Under the pieces are notes generated by a model. The model ran no database searches. It was not told where the DNA came from and saw only the letters and a list, made by a program, of their open reading frames with translations. From contig CAVTCR010000028.1 in assembly GCA_963733195.1 (NCBI GenBank), forward strand, positions 1-64,000: a stretch of DNA of 64,000 nucleotides, written 5' to 3'. The stretch comes from an uncultured delta proteobacterium. GTDB lineage: Bacteria; Desulfobacterota; Binatia; Bin18. Below are positions 44,113 to 52,416 of the stretch, one piece after another. Numbering within the stretch: position 1 is the first letter of the stretch; every line of letters begins with the position of its first letter. The position numbers and the translations under genes are program-made.

Positions 44113-44358
44113 TTACACTTGGTGTGTCCCAAAGCGTCGATAGAGCCACAGGAGAAAGACAGATCCACCCAGCGCCATCAGGAATCCCGCTGCGTCAGTA
44201 GGGCCATACCAGCCCAGACTCCTTCCAAGAAACCCACCCAGAAGGGCCCCAGCAATGCCGAGGAGAATAGTGACGATGATCCCCCCGGGGTCACGGCCCG
44301 GCATGACGAGTTTGGCTAAGGCTCCCACAATTAATCCAAAGATAATCCATCCGAGCAT
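44113..44358 (-). CDS. GlsB/YeaQ/YmgE-family stress membrane protein
   Basis: WIIFGLIVGALAKLVMPGRDPGG...LGIAGALLGG. Confidence 0.92.
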   Translation of the reverse strand: MLGWIIFGLIVGALAKLVMPGRDPGGIIVTILLGIAGALLGGFLGRSLGWYGPTDAAGFLMALGGSVFLLWLYRRFGTHQV

Positions 44359-44385
44359 GTTGTCCTCCCTGCGGTCGTCCGCACT

Positions 44386-44646
44386 TTACTTCTTTCTTCT
44401 TGAAGGGGTTCCCACTGCGACCTCTTTCTCAATGAGGGGAAAGAGCTGGTCACGGAGCCAGGTCGGGTCTTGTTGTTCAGCGTATCGTAACAGCGCACGG
44501 ATGACGGTCGAGTGACTGACGGCTCGGCCTAATGAGTCCGTCGCTGCAATACTCAGCTGCATGAGCAGCGCTGCTGTCGGTGGAGTCAGGTCATGGGTCC
44601 GGGTACGGAAGGAGTCGTTTTTCGGTGGTGGCGTATGTAGTGTCAT
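44386..44646 (-). CDS. RHH-like protein, divergent paralog 3
   Basis: Aligns with paralog 1 (LTPxTAALL, AATD, VxRAL, WxRxxxFPLI). Confidence 0.65.
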   Translation of the reverse strand: MTLHTPPPKNDSFRTRTHDLTPPTAALLMQLSIAATDSLGRAVSHSTVIRALLRYAEQQDPTWLRDQLFPLIEKEVAVGTPSRRKK

Positions 44647-44718
44647 ACCAACAACAGTACTGCACCTGAGTGCTTATGCTATTCCTCCAGAAGATAGGTT
44701 TGTGCTTGACTGGGTCGA

Positions 44719-45333
44719 GGAAACCGGGGGAAGAAGAGCCGCCCGAGGGCAGAACGGCTCTTCTTCCTGGGGGCAAAACAGAAAGGATCTTATACAAGTG
44801 TACAAAAACACCCGCAGGTTACAGGAATACGACAGCTACGAGACATTTCTGTGACGCTCCGCTGTTCCGTCGTTCAGTTACTCACTCTTCATTTTCCCCC
44901 AGCGTCTTCCTGCGCTCCTCTCTTCTGCAATGAGCGGGAAGATAGTCTCTCGCATCCAGGCCGGCGGTTGTTGGCCAGCGTGGAGTATGAGTGCACGTAC
45001 CACTGCCGAGCTACCCACACCTCCACCAATGTAGTCAGTTGCGGCTTGGCGCATCTGCTTGAGCAGCGCTACGGTCGATGGGGTCAATGTATGCAAGCGA
45101 ATCGTGATCGGTTCTTTTCGAGAGATGGGTTGTTGTGTTGCCATACGATGAGTTACTAACTCATGGAGACGAACCGCGCTATGGGCCTGAGGGACTTCTT
45201 TGCAGAACGCTACCTCAGGCGCTAGAGAAGCGTCAAGGGAACAGGGGATAAGGAACACAAGTACCAACGTGAGAAGTGCATAGACCACGAGCAACGTCCC
45301 CACCAGGGTGAAGCGGGTCTCGGAGCGAGGGAA
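44719..45333. repeat. Duplicated module, copy 2
   Basis: Direct repeat of 35529-36160, including the hairpin GGAAGAAGAGCCG-N13-CGGCTCTTCTTCC. Confidence 0.9.
44878..45144 (-). CDS. RHH-like protein, paralog 2
   Basis: Near-identical to 35701-35964. Confidence 0.65.
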   Translation of the reverse strand: MATQQPISRKEPITIRLHTLTPSTVALLKQMRQAATDYIGGGVGSSAVVRALILHAGQQPPAWMRETIFPLIAEERSAGRRWGKMKSE

Positions 45334-45490
45334 GCCGCGTGGGGGATTGTCCTCTCTCTGCCTTGCTTATACAGAAACCGAGGAGCTCGGCAGCGGCTGA
45401 AGGGACACGACGAAGAGCCACCGAGACCAGGCGACCCGTGTACGAAACTAAACAAGGGAAGGGCACTTTTCCTTCCCCGGAGGGGTAACG

Positions 45491-45928
45491 ATGGATGGTG
45501 CAAAGCAGTGGAGAGACATTCTGCTCGCCGAGGATAGCCCCAGCGACGCAGAGATGTTGCGCGTAGCATTTCGGGAGTATGGGCACCTGCCATGTCGGAT
45601 TCATAGCGTGCGCGATGGGGAGGCCGCGGTGGCCTTTGTGCAGCGGCATGGGTTATATGCGGGCATGCCCCGCCCCGATCTGCTCATCTTAGATATTGGG
45701 TTGCCCAAACTCGGGGGCTGGAAAGTGCTCAAGACCCTGCGCGCCCTTCCTGCGCTGGCCACGCTACCGGTCGTGATGCTGACCGGGGCGAGGATGGAAG
45801 TGGATGAGACACACAGAGCAGCGTTGCAGCCGCTGGGGTATTTCGTGAAGCCCTTGCTCCTCAGCGAGTATCAGCAGTTGGTGGAGGAGCTCGAAAAACT
45901 TCTACACACGATTGCCAGCAATGGGTGA
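45491..45928 (+). CDS. Single-domain response regulator (Rcp1-like)
   Basis: ILLAEDS, PDLLILDIGLP, VVMLT, FVKP. Confidence 0.92.
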   Translation: MDGAKQWRDILLAEDSPSDAEMLRVAFREYGHLPCRIHSVRDGEAAVAFVQRHGLYAGMPRPDLLILDIGLPKLGGWKVLKTLRALPALATLPVVMLTGARMEVDETHRAALQPLGYFVKPLLLSEYQQLVEELEKLLHTIASNG

Positions 45929-46066
45929 AGAGTAGAGGGACAAAGAGGGACAAGGTTCAATTTTGTGGGGAGAGGAAGACCGGAGTGGAAAGAGCAGGAC
46001 TATCGTTCAGATAACGTCCTGTGAACTCCTGCATTTCATAGGTCTAGACAACCTTCGCGCAGGTTG

Positions 46067-46315
46067 TCAAGCTGTGGCTGGCTGTTGCTCCTGGTGCTTC
46101 CTGAGGTGCTCTCTCCCCAGGGAGGACACCGAGATATATATTCCGCACCCTAGCTCAAGGCGATGGTCAAGGAACCCTTGCTCGTTCGCCTCTTCCCATA
46201 CAGGTAGCCGGGGACACGACGTACGCCATGCTTCGATAACCTCGGCGTATGGACGCTCGTGGGGGCCGATCCACTCCAGCAGGTTGAGGATCAAGGCGTC
46301 TACTGGGTTTGGCAT
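46067..46315 (-). CDS. Small hypothetical protein
   Basis: LLEWI...RPYAEVIEAWRTSCPRLPVWEEA; RBS AAGGGG. Confidence 0.7.
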   Translation of the reverse strand: MPNPVDALILNLLEWIGPHERPYAEVIEAWRTSCPRLPVWEEANEQGFLDHRLELGCGIYISVSSLGREHLRKHQEQQPATA

Positions 46316-46419
46316 AAGAACCCCTTCGCTGGCATTCTGCTGCTTCAGGGTTGGTCGAGGAAGAGGGAAACCGCTAGCTCCATAGCGAGCAGTCTTCGAC
46401 TTCCAGCGTGGTTTGAACC

Positions 46420-46607
46420 GATGAAGGTTTCAACGACATCCATGGTAGCAATTAGTAGAAATAACTTTCTATGGGGAGGCGCAACCGTCTATGAGTAGAA
46501 CTCCCTGTCCGACTACTAGCTGTAGAGTTGTCCGGTTAATCCTGCTTTTCCCTACACATTCTCACTTCAATACAAATAGCTACTTGCGCGTCCGGGAACT
46601 CAGTGCG
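46420..46607 (-). other. Degenerate third attI-like platform with conserved upstream block
   Basis: 46429-46471 aligns with 39301-39343; 46531-46607 aligns with 39473-39550; the GTT R-box is lost. Confidence 0.55.
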
Positions 46608-46660
46608 ACAAATGAACGTTGTTCACGTCACGTAGCGACTTCCGAAGGAGGGAGCACAGA

Positions 46661-46960
46661 ATGAAAACTCTTCTCTGTACCGCACTCATTGTTCTCTCAG
46701 TCTCCGTCTGTGGCGCGCAACAAACTCCTCCTGCGGCCGATCCTGCTCCACCCGCCGTCCCCGGTATACCGAATCCCCCCCCAGGTGGCACGCCCGAACT
46801 CCCCGGCGGGCCCGGCACTGTTCCAGAACGAAAATCGGTCCCCCCTGTCCCGGGTAGTTCTTCTCAACATCCTCTGGAGCCAAACCCTAAAGGGAAGAAA
46901 GTGGAACCCCTGGATCCTCTCCCCACCCTTCCTCCGGTTCCCGGAAAGACAATTGAATGA
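46661..46960 (+). CDS. Small exported proline-rich protein
   Basis: Signal peptide MKTLLCTALIVLSVSVCGA; RBS AAGGAGG. Confidence 0.7.
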   Translation: MKTLLCTALIVLSVSVCGAQQTPPAADPAPPAVPGIPNPPPGGTPELPGGPGTVPERKSVPPVPGSSSQHPLEPNPKGKKVEPLDPLPTLPPVPGKTIE

Positions 46961-47160
46961 ACGAGGCGTGGCAATATCTACTGAGTGAGTAAGGGGCAAC
47001 GTAGGAGCAAGGTTACTGAGGGGGGGAGTGGTGGTTCTGGAAGGCGAGGAGAGAGGCTCTACCCTTCCCAGTGAAGGATGGAGCGGGGAGGGGTTAATAG
47101 TGAGCGACCTTCCTCTTCAGCAACTCGTGGTCCGCCATCGCATCAATGCGGGGGGTAATC

Positions 47161-47610
47161 TCAGGCATGGCCATTGGTGATCTCGATATGCCCGTTCCCA
47201 TTCGTCAACTGCGCAGCACGACGGGCTTTGATGAAGGTCAGTATTTCTCTGAATAGTTCGTCTTGACTGTTCTCCACCTCAACCTCGTCCTTGAACATGC
47301 CCAAGTGCCGGCCCAAGTGCGCCCACGCAGCGATGCGCGCAGCCGGTGAGGTGTCCTTTCCCCAGCCCCGCGCTTCTGTGAGGAGGCCCTGCAGTACGAG
47401 GTCGGCGGTGATCTGGGTGCGCTCGGATTGGTGCTGTTGCGCTTCCTGAATTGCCCGCGCAACCCTAGTTTTCCCTAGTAGTTCTGGACCGATCTTATCG
47501 GCATTCCTTTGGCTGTACCCGGCGCGAACCGCCGATCGCGACGCATTAAGATCGATGAGATATTCCTGAACGAACTTTTGCTGTTTGGGGGTGAGTCCTG
47601 CTGTGGTCAT
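47161..47610 (-). CDS. terS: Phage terminase small subunit
   Basis: LTPKQQKFVQEYLIDLNASRSAVRAGYS...LGRHLGMF. Confidence 0.9.
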   Translation of the reverse strand: MTTAGLTPKQQKFVQEYLIDLNASRSAVRAGYSQRNADKIGPELLGKTRVARAIQEAQQHQSERTQITADLVLQGLLTEARGWGKDTSPAARIAAWAHLGRHLGMFKDEVEVENSQDELFREILTFIKARRAAQLTNGNGHIEITNGHA

Positions 47611-47846
47611 GGGGTGAGTTCCTTTCTCCCGCTGGGTTACTGCTTCTGGCTCAGGGTGCCTAGAGAGGAAGGCGGTGCAGGAGAGACGCCCGCCGTGTCA
47701 GCTGCGTTGATCAGACGCAGCCTATCCCCCTTTAGGTCGAGGTCAGTGTATGACCGGTTCTATTTCGTGTCCACCTCCGCTTCAATGTCACAACCTGTAC
47801 GGTTGCGTCTGGGTTGCGTGCATGGTCGTGCAGGTTTGTGTTTTAG

Positions 47847-47954
47847 CTTACAATACGCTAGAAAAATCAATAATTTCACGGCGTCCGGTTCAAGGCACTC
47901 TTGCAGAGCCTGGGCGAGGGAACATAACGTTTTCCCTCTTTTCTTCAGGCCCTT
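47847..47954. repeat. attP-like junction between the two tandem elements
   Basis: Left arm + core match 52325-52390 (64/66); core + right arm match 30677-30740 (64/64). Confidence 0.93.
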
Positions 47955-48009
47955 TGACGTGGTGCAGAGCGGGTTTACCCCGGTTCAGCGATAGCCGTTG
48001 GTGCAAATT

Positions 48010-48134
48010 ATCGTTCAGATTGTATGCGCTCACGGTCCGTTCCTCCTCCTAACTCTGCCCTTTCGGGTGTGACCTGAACTCATAAATGAACCGAAAAATG
48101 AACTCTAATCTGAACGATTCACCTACTTCTGAAC
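48010..48134. promoter_or_regulatory. Phased TGAAC direct-repeat array plus 12-bp inverted repeat
   Basis: TGAAC at 48075, 48087, 48099, 48111 and 48130; ATCGTTCAGATT (48010) / AATCTGAACGAT (48107). Confidence 0.55.
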
Positions 48135-48264
48135 TGTAGCTAGAAGTAGTATACCCTTTGTCGGATATGGCAATTACTGCCAACCAAGCTCCTGTCGACA
48201 CGACGGGTCGATAAGGCCTGGGCCGAGACACCCAAAACGCTACGGCACAAAGGAGGATCGAACG

Positions 48265-49440
48265 ATGAGTACCTCACCAGCAGTCACTCCTCTCAAATAC
48301 CTCGATCAGGCGCTCAACAAGTTACGGGACCTGGGCCTGGTACCGGAGAAGTCGGAAGATGCCCCGATCATCGCGCTGATTAACAAGATCTCTGATTTCG
48401 ATCAGGAGCGGGCCGTTGCCATTGCCCGCACCCTGAATCAGGCGTCCTTGTTTAATCAAGTCGTACGTGAGCAGATTGACGCGATGCGCATCGGACAACG
48501 TTACGAAGACATCGCGAAATCGTTCAACGGCATCCGCGATGATGCCAAGCGCATGGTTGATCAGCTCGATGACGGGACAGTCGGCTTCTTGGAGCGGGTC
48601 CAGAACGTATGGATGAAAGTGGCCCGCGGTGATATTCCTGCGCGCTTCCAAAAGATCAAGGAGACGTACCTCGACGTCGCCAAGGACTCCAAAGATCAGA
48701 TAGAGCGCGAGCGGCTGATTCTCGATGCCTACCGTGATTTCCGTGGGGCTCTCAAGGAAGCCGAGGTCCAGGCTCTCAACATTCTTAATAAAGCCGAAGC
48801 GCAATTGAATACCGCCAAACAAAAGCTACAGGACGCAGGTACAGCTCTCTCGCAGAACACCAGTACTGACCGTGAAGCAATCGCGAAACTCGAACTCGCT
48901 CGCGACGAGCGTCTGCGCGAGTTACAGCAGATGGATGAACGGTACCAAATCGCCAAAGACTTGGTAGATAATCTTACGATCTCCTACAATACCACCGAAA
49001 CGATCATGGCTCGACTCTTACAGACGACAAACGCCAAAGAGCGCGTATATTCGCAGTCGGTGACTTTCTTCGGTACCAATGAGACCGTCTTAACTGCGTT
49101 GAGTGCCTCGTTTACTGGTCTCCACGGTCTGCACGAAAGCACGACGACATTGAAGACCATGAAAGAAGGAATCAATCAAAGCCTTGAAGACCTGGCCGAG
49201 GTCGGCGGCAAGGTGCAGGAAGCAGCGATTAAAGAGGGCTACGGGCCAACCCTGCGTGCTGATGCGGTCAAAAAACTCGTTGATTCGGTGATCAACTTCC
49301 AGGAGCGTTCATACGTTCTCATTGACGAGATGCGTGACGCTGCGACACGTAACGCTGAAGAGATAAGTCACGCTGTCGAGGATGGGAAACGCCACCTCGC
49401 TGAGTTAGCCCAACGCGGAAATGCGCTGGTAGGCGCATAA
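48265..49440 (+). CDS. All-helical coiled-coil protein, possibly toxic-anion-resistance (TelA-like)
   Basis: 391 aa, RBS AAGGAGG, heptad-rich, no TM; family assignment inferred. Confidence 0.75.
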   Translation: MSTSPAVTPLKYLDQALNKLRDLGLVPEKSEDAPIIALINKISDFDQERAVAIARTLNQASLFNQVVREQIDAMRIGQRYEDIAKSFNGIRDDAKRMVDQLDDGTVGFLERVQNVWMKVARGDIPARFQKIKETYLDVAKDSKDQIERERLILDAYRDFRGALKEAEVQALNILNKAEAQLNTAKQKLQDAGTALSQNTSTDREAIAKLELARDERLRELQQMDERYQIAKDLVDNLTISYNTTETIMARLLQTTNAKERVYSQSVTFFGTNETVLTALSASFTGLHGLHESTTTLKTMKEGINQSLEDLAEVGGKVQEAAIKEGYGPTLRADAVKKLVDSVINFQERSYVLIDEMRDAATRNAEEISHAVEDGKRHLAELAQRGNALVGA

Positions 49441-49461
49441 GGCGATCGATCTTCTACGTAT

Positions 49462-50730
49462 ATGAGCGAGCAGACGCAACCACAGAATGTCCCGCTCACT
49501 GATCTCATGTTAGCGATGGACGTGGTCGATACGCTGCGTCACCGGGAATCTTTGGTGGAACGGGAGTTGCGGGCCGACGTCCAGGAACAGGAACTGGTTG
49601 ACAAAGTCAAAGCCATTTACGCCGCGCAAGGCATTGACGTGTCGGATGAAATTATCGCCGACGGTGTGAAGGCGCTCCGTGAGAAGCGGTTCTCTTACAC
49701 CCCACCGGCGCCAAGTTTCAAAACTCGTCTCGCACATTTGTACATTGATCGTGGCAAATGGGTGAAGCGCGCCTTTGGCGCACTTGGCGCCGTCCTCTTG
49801 GCATGGGGAATACACTACGGTTTGGTGCGACTTCCGGCAGAGCGGGCTGCAAAGCACGAAGCGACGACGCTTACTAATACGGTACAGAAGGCCCAGAGTC
49901 AGGTAGTCGACCTCATCGCGCGCCTCAAAACCCTAGCCGCAGACCTGGCACAAGTGAAACGGCAAGTGCCCGATGCTCTTGGCGCTGCCTTTACTCGAAG
50001 TGAAGAAAAGACCAAACAGCTCCTCACACAAGCAGCGCAGCGCATCCAGTCGGCAAGTGAAGCTGCCCCGACTGGCGATATCATCGGAAGTGAGCAGGCG
50101 CGCGCGACAGCCCGCACCCGCCTCGGTCAGCAGACGGCGCTTTTGCAAGAAAGCACCACCTTGCTCGATCAAGCTCAGGACAACATCCGTCAGCTCAACC
50201 TCATGAACGTTCTCCCGGGAGGGCTAGAGCAACTGCGGCACGACATACGCGCTGTCTCGCAAGATGCTCAAGCGACCGCGCAGGCAGATCAGGCCTATCA
50301 GGACGCGCTAGCTGCCATGGGGCAGGGAGACTTCAACAAAGCTCAGCAGCGTTCATCGGACCTGAAGAACTTGTTAGCCACGCTGCAACAGACTTATACC
50401 TTAAAGATTGTGTCTCGCCCCGGCGAACCGAGCGGCGTGTGGCGGTACCCGGATGTAAACTCACAAGCACGGAACTACTACCTGATTGTTGAGGCAGTGA
50501 CGGACACGGGGGATCGTCTCACGTTGCCGGTAACTTCGGAAGAGGACGGCAACGTGTACACAGTTGAGCGTTGGGGATTGCGTGTCGACAAGTCGATATA
50601 TGATCAGGTCGCGGCAGATAAACAAGATGACGGCATTATTCAGCAGAACACCTTCGGACTGAAGCGCCGCGGCTTCGTACGCCCCGAGTATCAGGTGCCG
50701 ACCACGGGCGCGGCCATCACGCAGTGGTAA
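49462..50730 (+). CDS. Single-TM coiled-coil protein (DUF6384-like)
   Basis: LMLAMDVVDTLRH...IYAAQGIDV, TM segment, C-terminal RNYYLIVEAV...DKQDDGIIQ...GAAITQW. Confidence 0.75.
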   Translation: MSEQTQPQNVPLTDLMLAMDVVDTLRHRESLVERELRADVQEQELVDKVKAIYAAQGIDVSDEIIADGVKALREKRFSYTPPAPSFKTRLAHLYIDRGKWVKRAFGALGAVLLAWGIHYGLVRLPAERAAKHEATTLTNTVQKAQSQVVDLIARLKTLAADLAQVKRQVPDALGAAFTRSEEKTKQLLTQAAQRIQSASEAAPTGDIIGSEQARATARTRLGQQTALLQESTTLLDQAQDNIRQLNLMNVLPGGLEQLRHDIRAVSQDAQATAQADQAYQDALAAMGQGDFNKAQQRSSDLKNLLATLQQTYTLKIVSRPGEPSGVWRYPDVNSQARNYYLIVEAVTDTGDRLTLPVTSEEDGNVYTVERWGLRVDKSIYDQVAADKQDDGIIQQNTFGLKRRGFVRPEYQVPTTGAAITQW

Positions 50731-50734
50731 AACG

Positions 50735-52183
50735 ATGTTTAGGGGTTCTGACACTCTCGCTCGCATTGACTCCAGCCTCCAGCAGGTGCGCCAGGAGTTG
50801 CAGTCATTGGAGGCACAGATTCAACAAACCAGCAATCGTCTTGCCGCTATCCGCCAGCGCGAGTCGGAAGCGTACCGTGAACTTGCTCGCTTTCACATCG
50901 ACAGCATGCAACTCGATACCGTCACGCAGAATCTCGATCGCGCCGAACGACAAGTGCAGGGGCTCCTCACCGAACGCGAACATACTGTCTCGCAGTTGGT
51001 CGCAGAGACGGAAGCTTCGCAGCGAAAACAAACCGAACTGGAGCAGACCCGCCAGCAGCAGAATGCTGTCGTCGAGGAAGCGACGCGGGCTCTGCAGGCG
51101 ACGATTGATCGTGCGCATGCCCGCATCGTAAAAGATGCTGCCTACCTTGCCCAACAGCAGAAGGCCCAGAACGCGGTCAATATGGTGAGCGCTGCAGAGG
51201 ACAAGGCGAAGCTAGCAGAAGCCGATAAGGCAGAGAAGGGAAAACTGTACCTGGCGGATCGGTTGTTCGTGTACTTATGGGAGCGAGGCTATGGCACCTC
51301 AGCGTACCGCGCCAGAGCCCTTGCTCGTTTTGGCGATGGACTGGTGGCACGTCTCATCGGCTTTGAACAAGCGCGCCGCAACTATGCCATGCTGGTCGAC
51401 ATTCCGCAGCGATTGCATGAGCACGTAGAGCGCTTAAGGAAGGGAGCCGAGGCAGAAATGCAGAAACTGGCAGAACTCGAACAGGCAGCCGAAGAAAGCG
51501 AAGGCAGTGCGAGCTGTGAAAAGGAATTAGCTGCTGCGAAAAGCAAATTGCAGGAATTGGACCAAGTCATGGCTGAGGAGGAAAAGAAGTACGCCGCCCT
51601 CCTCGAGCAGCGGGAACCGTACACGGTTGGAGAAGATCACCACTTTCAAGAGGCCCTTGAGCTACTCGTGACAAGTCTCCGAGCGGAACCGCTTACCCAA
51701 TTGCGCCGTGAAGCAGAGCTCACGGCCAGTCGCGAAGACGACAGTGAGGTGAATGACCTGATCCAGCTGCAGCATGAAGAAGACACGATCGAGAATGGTC
51801 TGCAAGAGTATCGCAACGTCCATCAACGTAATCTGCAACGACTCCATGAACTTGAAGAGGTCCGGCGTCGCTTTAAGCAACAGGAGTATGACTCGCCATA
51901 TTCCGTCTTTGGCAATGCTGATGCGGTAAGCATACTGATGGGAGAATTCCTCCGCGGCATGATCAGCTCCGAGCAACTATGGCAGACCATCCAACGTCAC
52001 CAGCGGTTTCGCCGCCCATCGTTTCCTCGACCGATTGACATGGGTTTTCCCGGCACCTTTCGTTTTCCGCGCGGCGTGCAAATCCCTGGTGGATGGGGTG
52101 GGGGCATGGGAGTCCCCAGGGTACCCCAGAGCGCTGGTAGTAGAGGAGGGGGAGGTGGATTCCGCACAGGCGGGAGATTCTAA
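50735..52183 (+). CDS. Long coiled-coil protein with Gly-rich tail
   Basis: Heptad repeats, YLADRLFVYLWERGYGTSAY core, C-terminal GGGGGFRTGGRF. Confidence 0.8.
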   Translation: MFRGSDTLARIDSSLQQVRQELQSLEAQIQQTSNRLAAIRQRESEAYRELARFHIDSMQLDTVTQNLDRAERQVQGLLTEREHTVSQLVAETEASQRKQTELEQTRQQQNAVVEEATRALQATIDRAHARIVKDAAYLAQQQKAQNAVNMVSAAEDKAKLAEADKAEKGKLYLADRLFVYLWERGYGTSAYRARALARFGDGLVARLIGFEQARRNYAMLVDIPQRLHEHVERLRKGAEAEMQKLAELEQAAEESEGSASCEKELAAAKSKLQELDQVMAEEEKKYAALLEQREPYTVGEDHHFQEALELLVTSLRAEPLTQLRREAELTASREDDSEVNDLIQLQHEEDTIENGLQEYRNVHQRNLQRLHELEEVRRRFKQQEYDSPYSVFGNADAVSILMGEFLRGMISSEQLWQTIQRHQRFRRPSFPRPIDMGFPGTFRFPRGVQIPGGWGGGMGVPRVPQSAGSRGGGGGFRTGGRF

Positions 52184-52185
52184 AG

Positions 52186-52325
52186 GGACTTTGTTGCATA
52201 TTCCGCCCTTTGCCTTCTGCCGTTAAGATAAGCCCATGAGGGATGCCCGAGACCTTGTGCGTGCGGTGATCAAGGGCCTCCCAAGGAAGAGCCGTTTGTG
52301 AACTTGGAATTATGCAACAAAGCCC
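52186..52325. mobile_element. 140-bp MITE with IS5/IS903-like ends
   Basis: GGACTTTGTTGCATA ... TATGCAACAAAGCCC, 14/15 inverted match. Confidence 0.7.
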
Positions 52326-52390
52326 TTACAATACGTTAGAAAAATCAATAATTTCACGGCGTCCGGTTCAAGGCACCCTTGCAGAGCCTG
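52325..52390. repeat. attR, followed by the displaced native mfd end
   Basis: Core followed by AGT GAG TCA TGT TAG, then the surA RBS. Confidence 0.9.
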
Positions 52391-52416
52391 AGTGAGTCAT
52401 GTTAGCCGAGGAGAAT

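Larger units (their letters stand above)
30677..47912. mobile_element. Integrated element 1, phage-satellite-like (integrase ... TerS)
   Basis: Bounded by direct att repeats. Tyrosine integrase at the left end, terminase small subunit at the right end; no capsid, tail or TerL genes recognised. Confidence 0.85.
47891..52390. mobile_element. Integrated element 2, integrase-less tandem passenger
   Basis: Bounded by the same att core; keeps only the last 10 bp of the integrase gene; carries a 3-gene operon. Confidence 0.82.

Noticed and set aside
47881-47900. GGTTCAA in the att arm as a tRNA fragment
   Set aside because: No T-stem pairing or CCA end; the core is mfd coding sequence.
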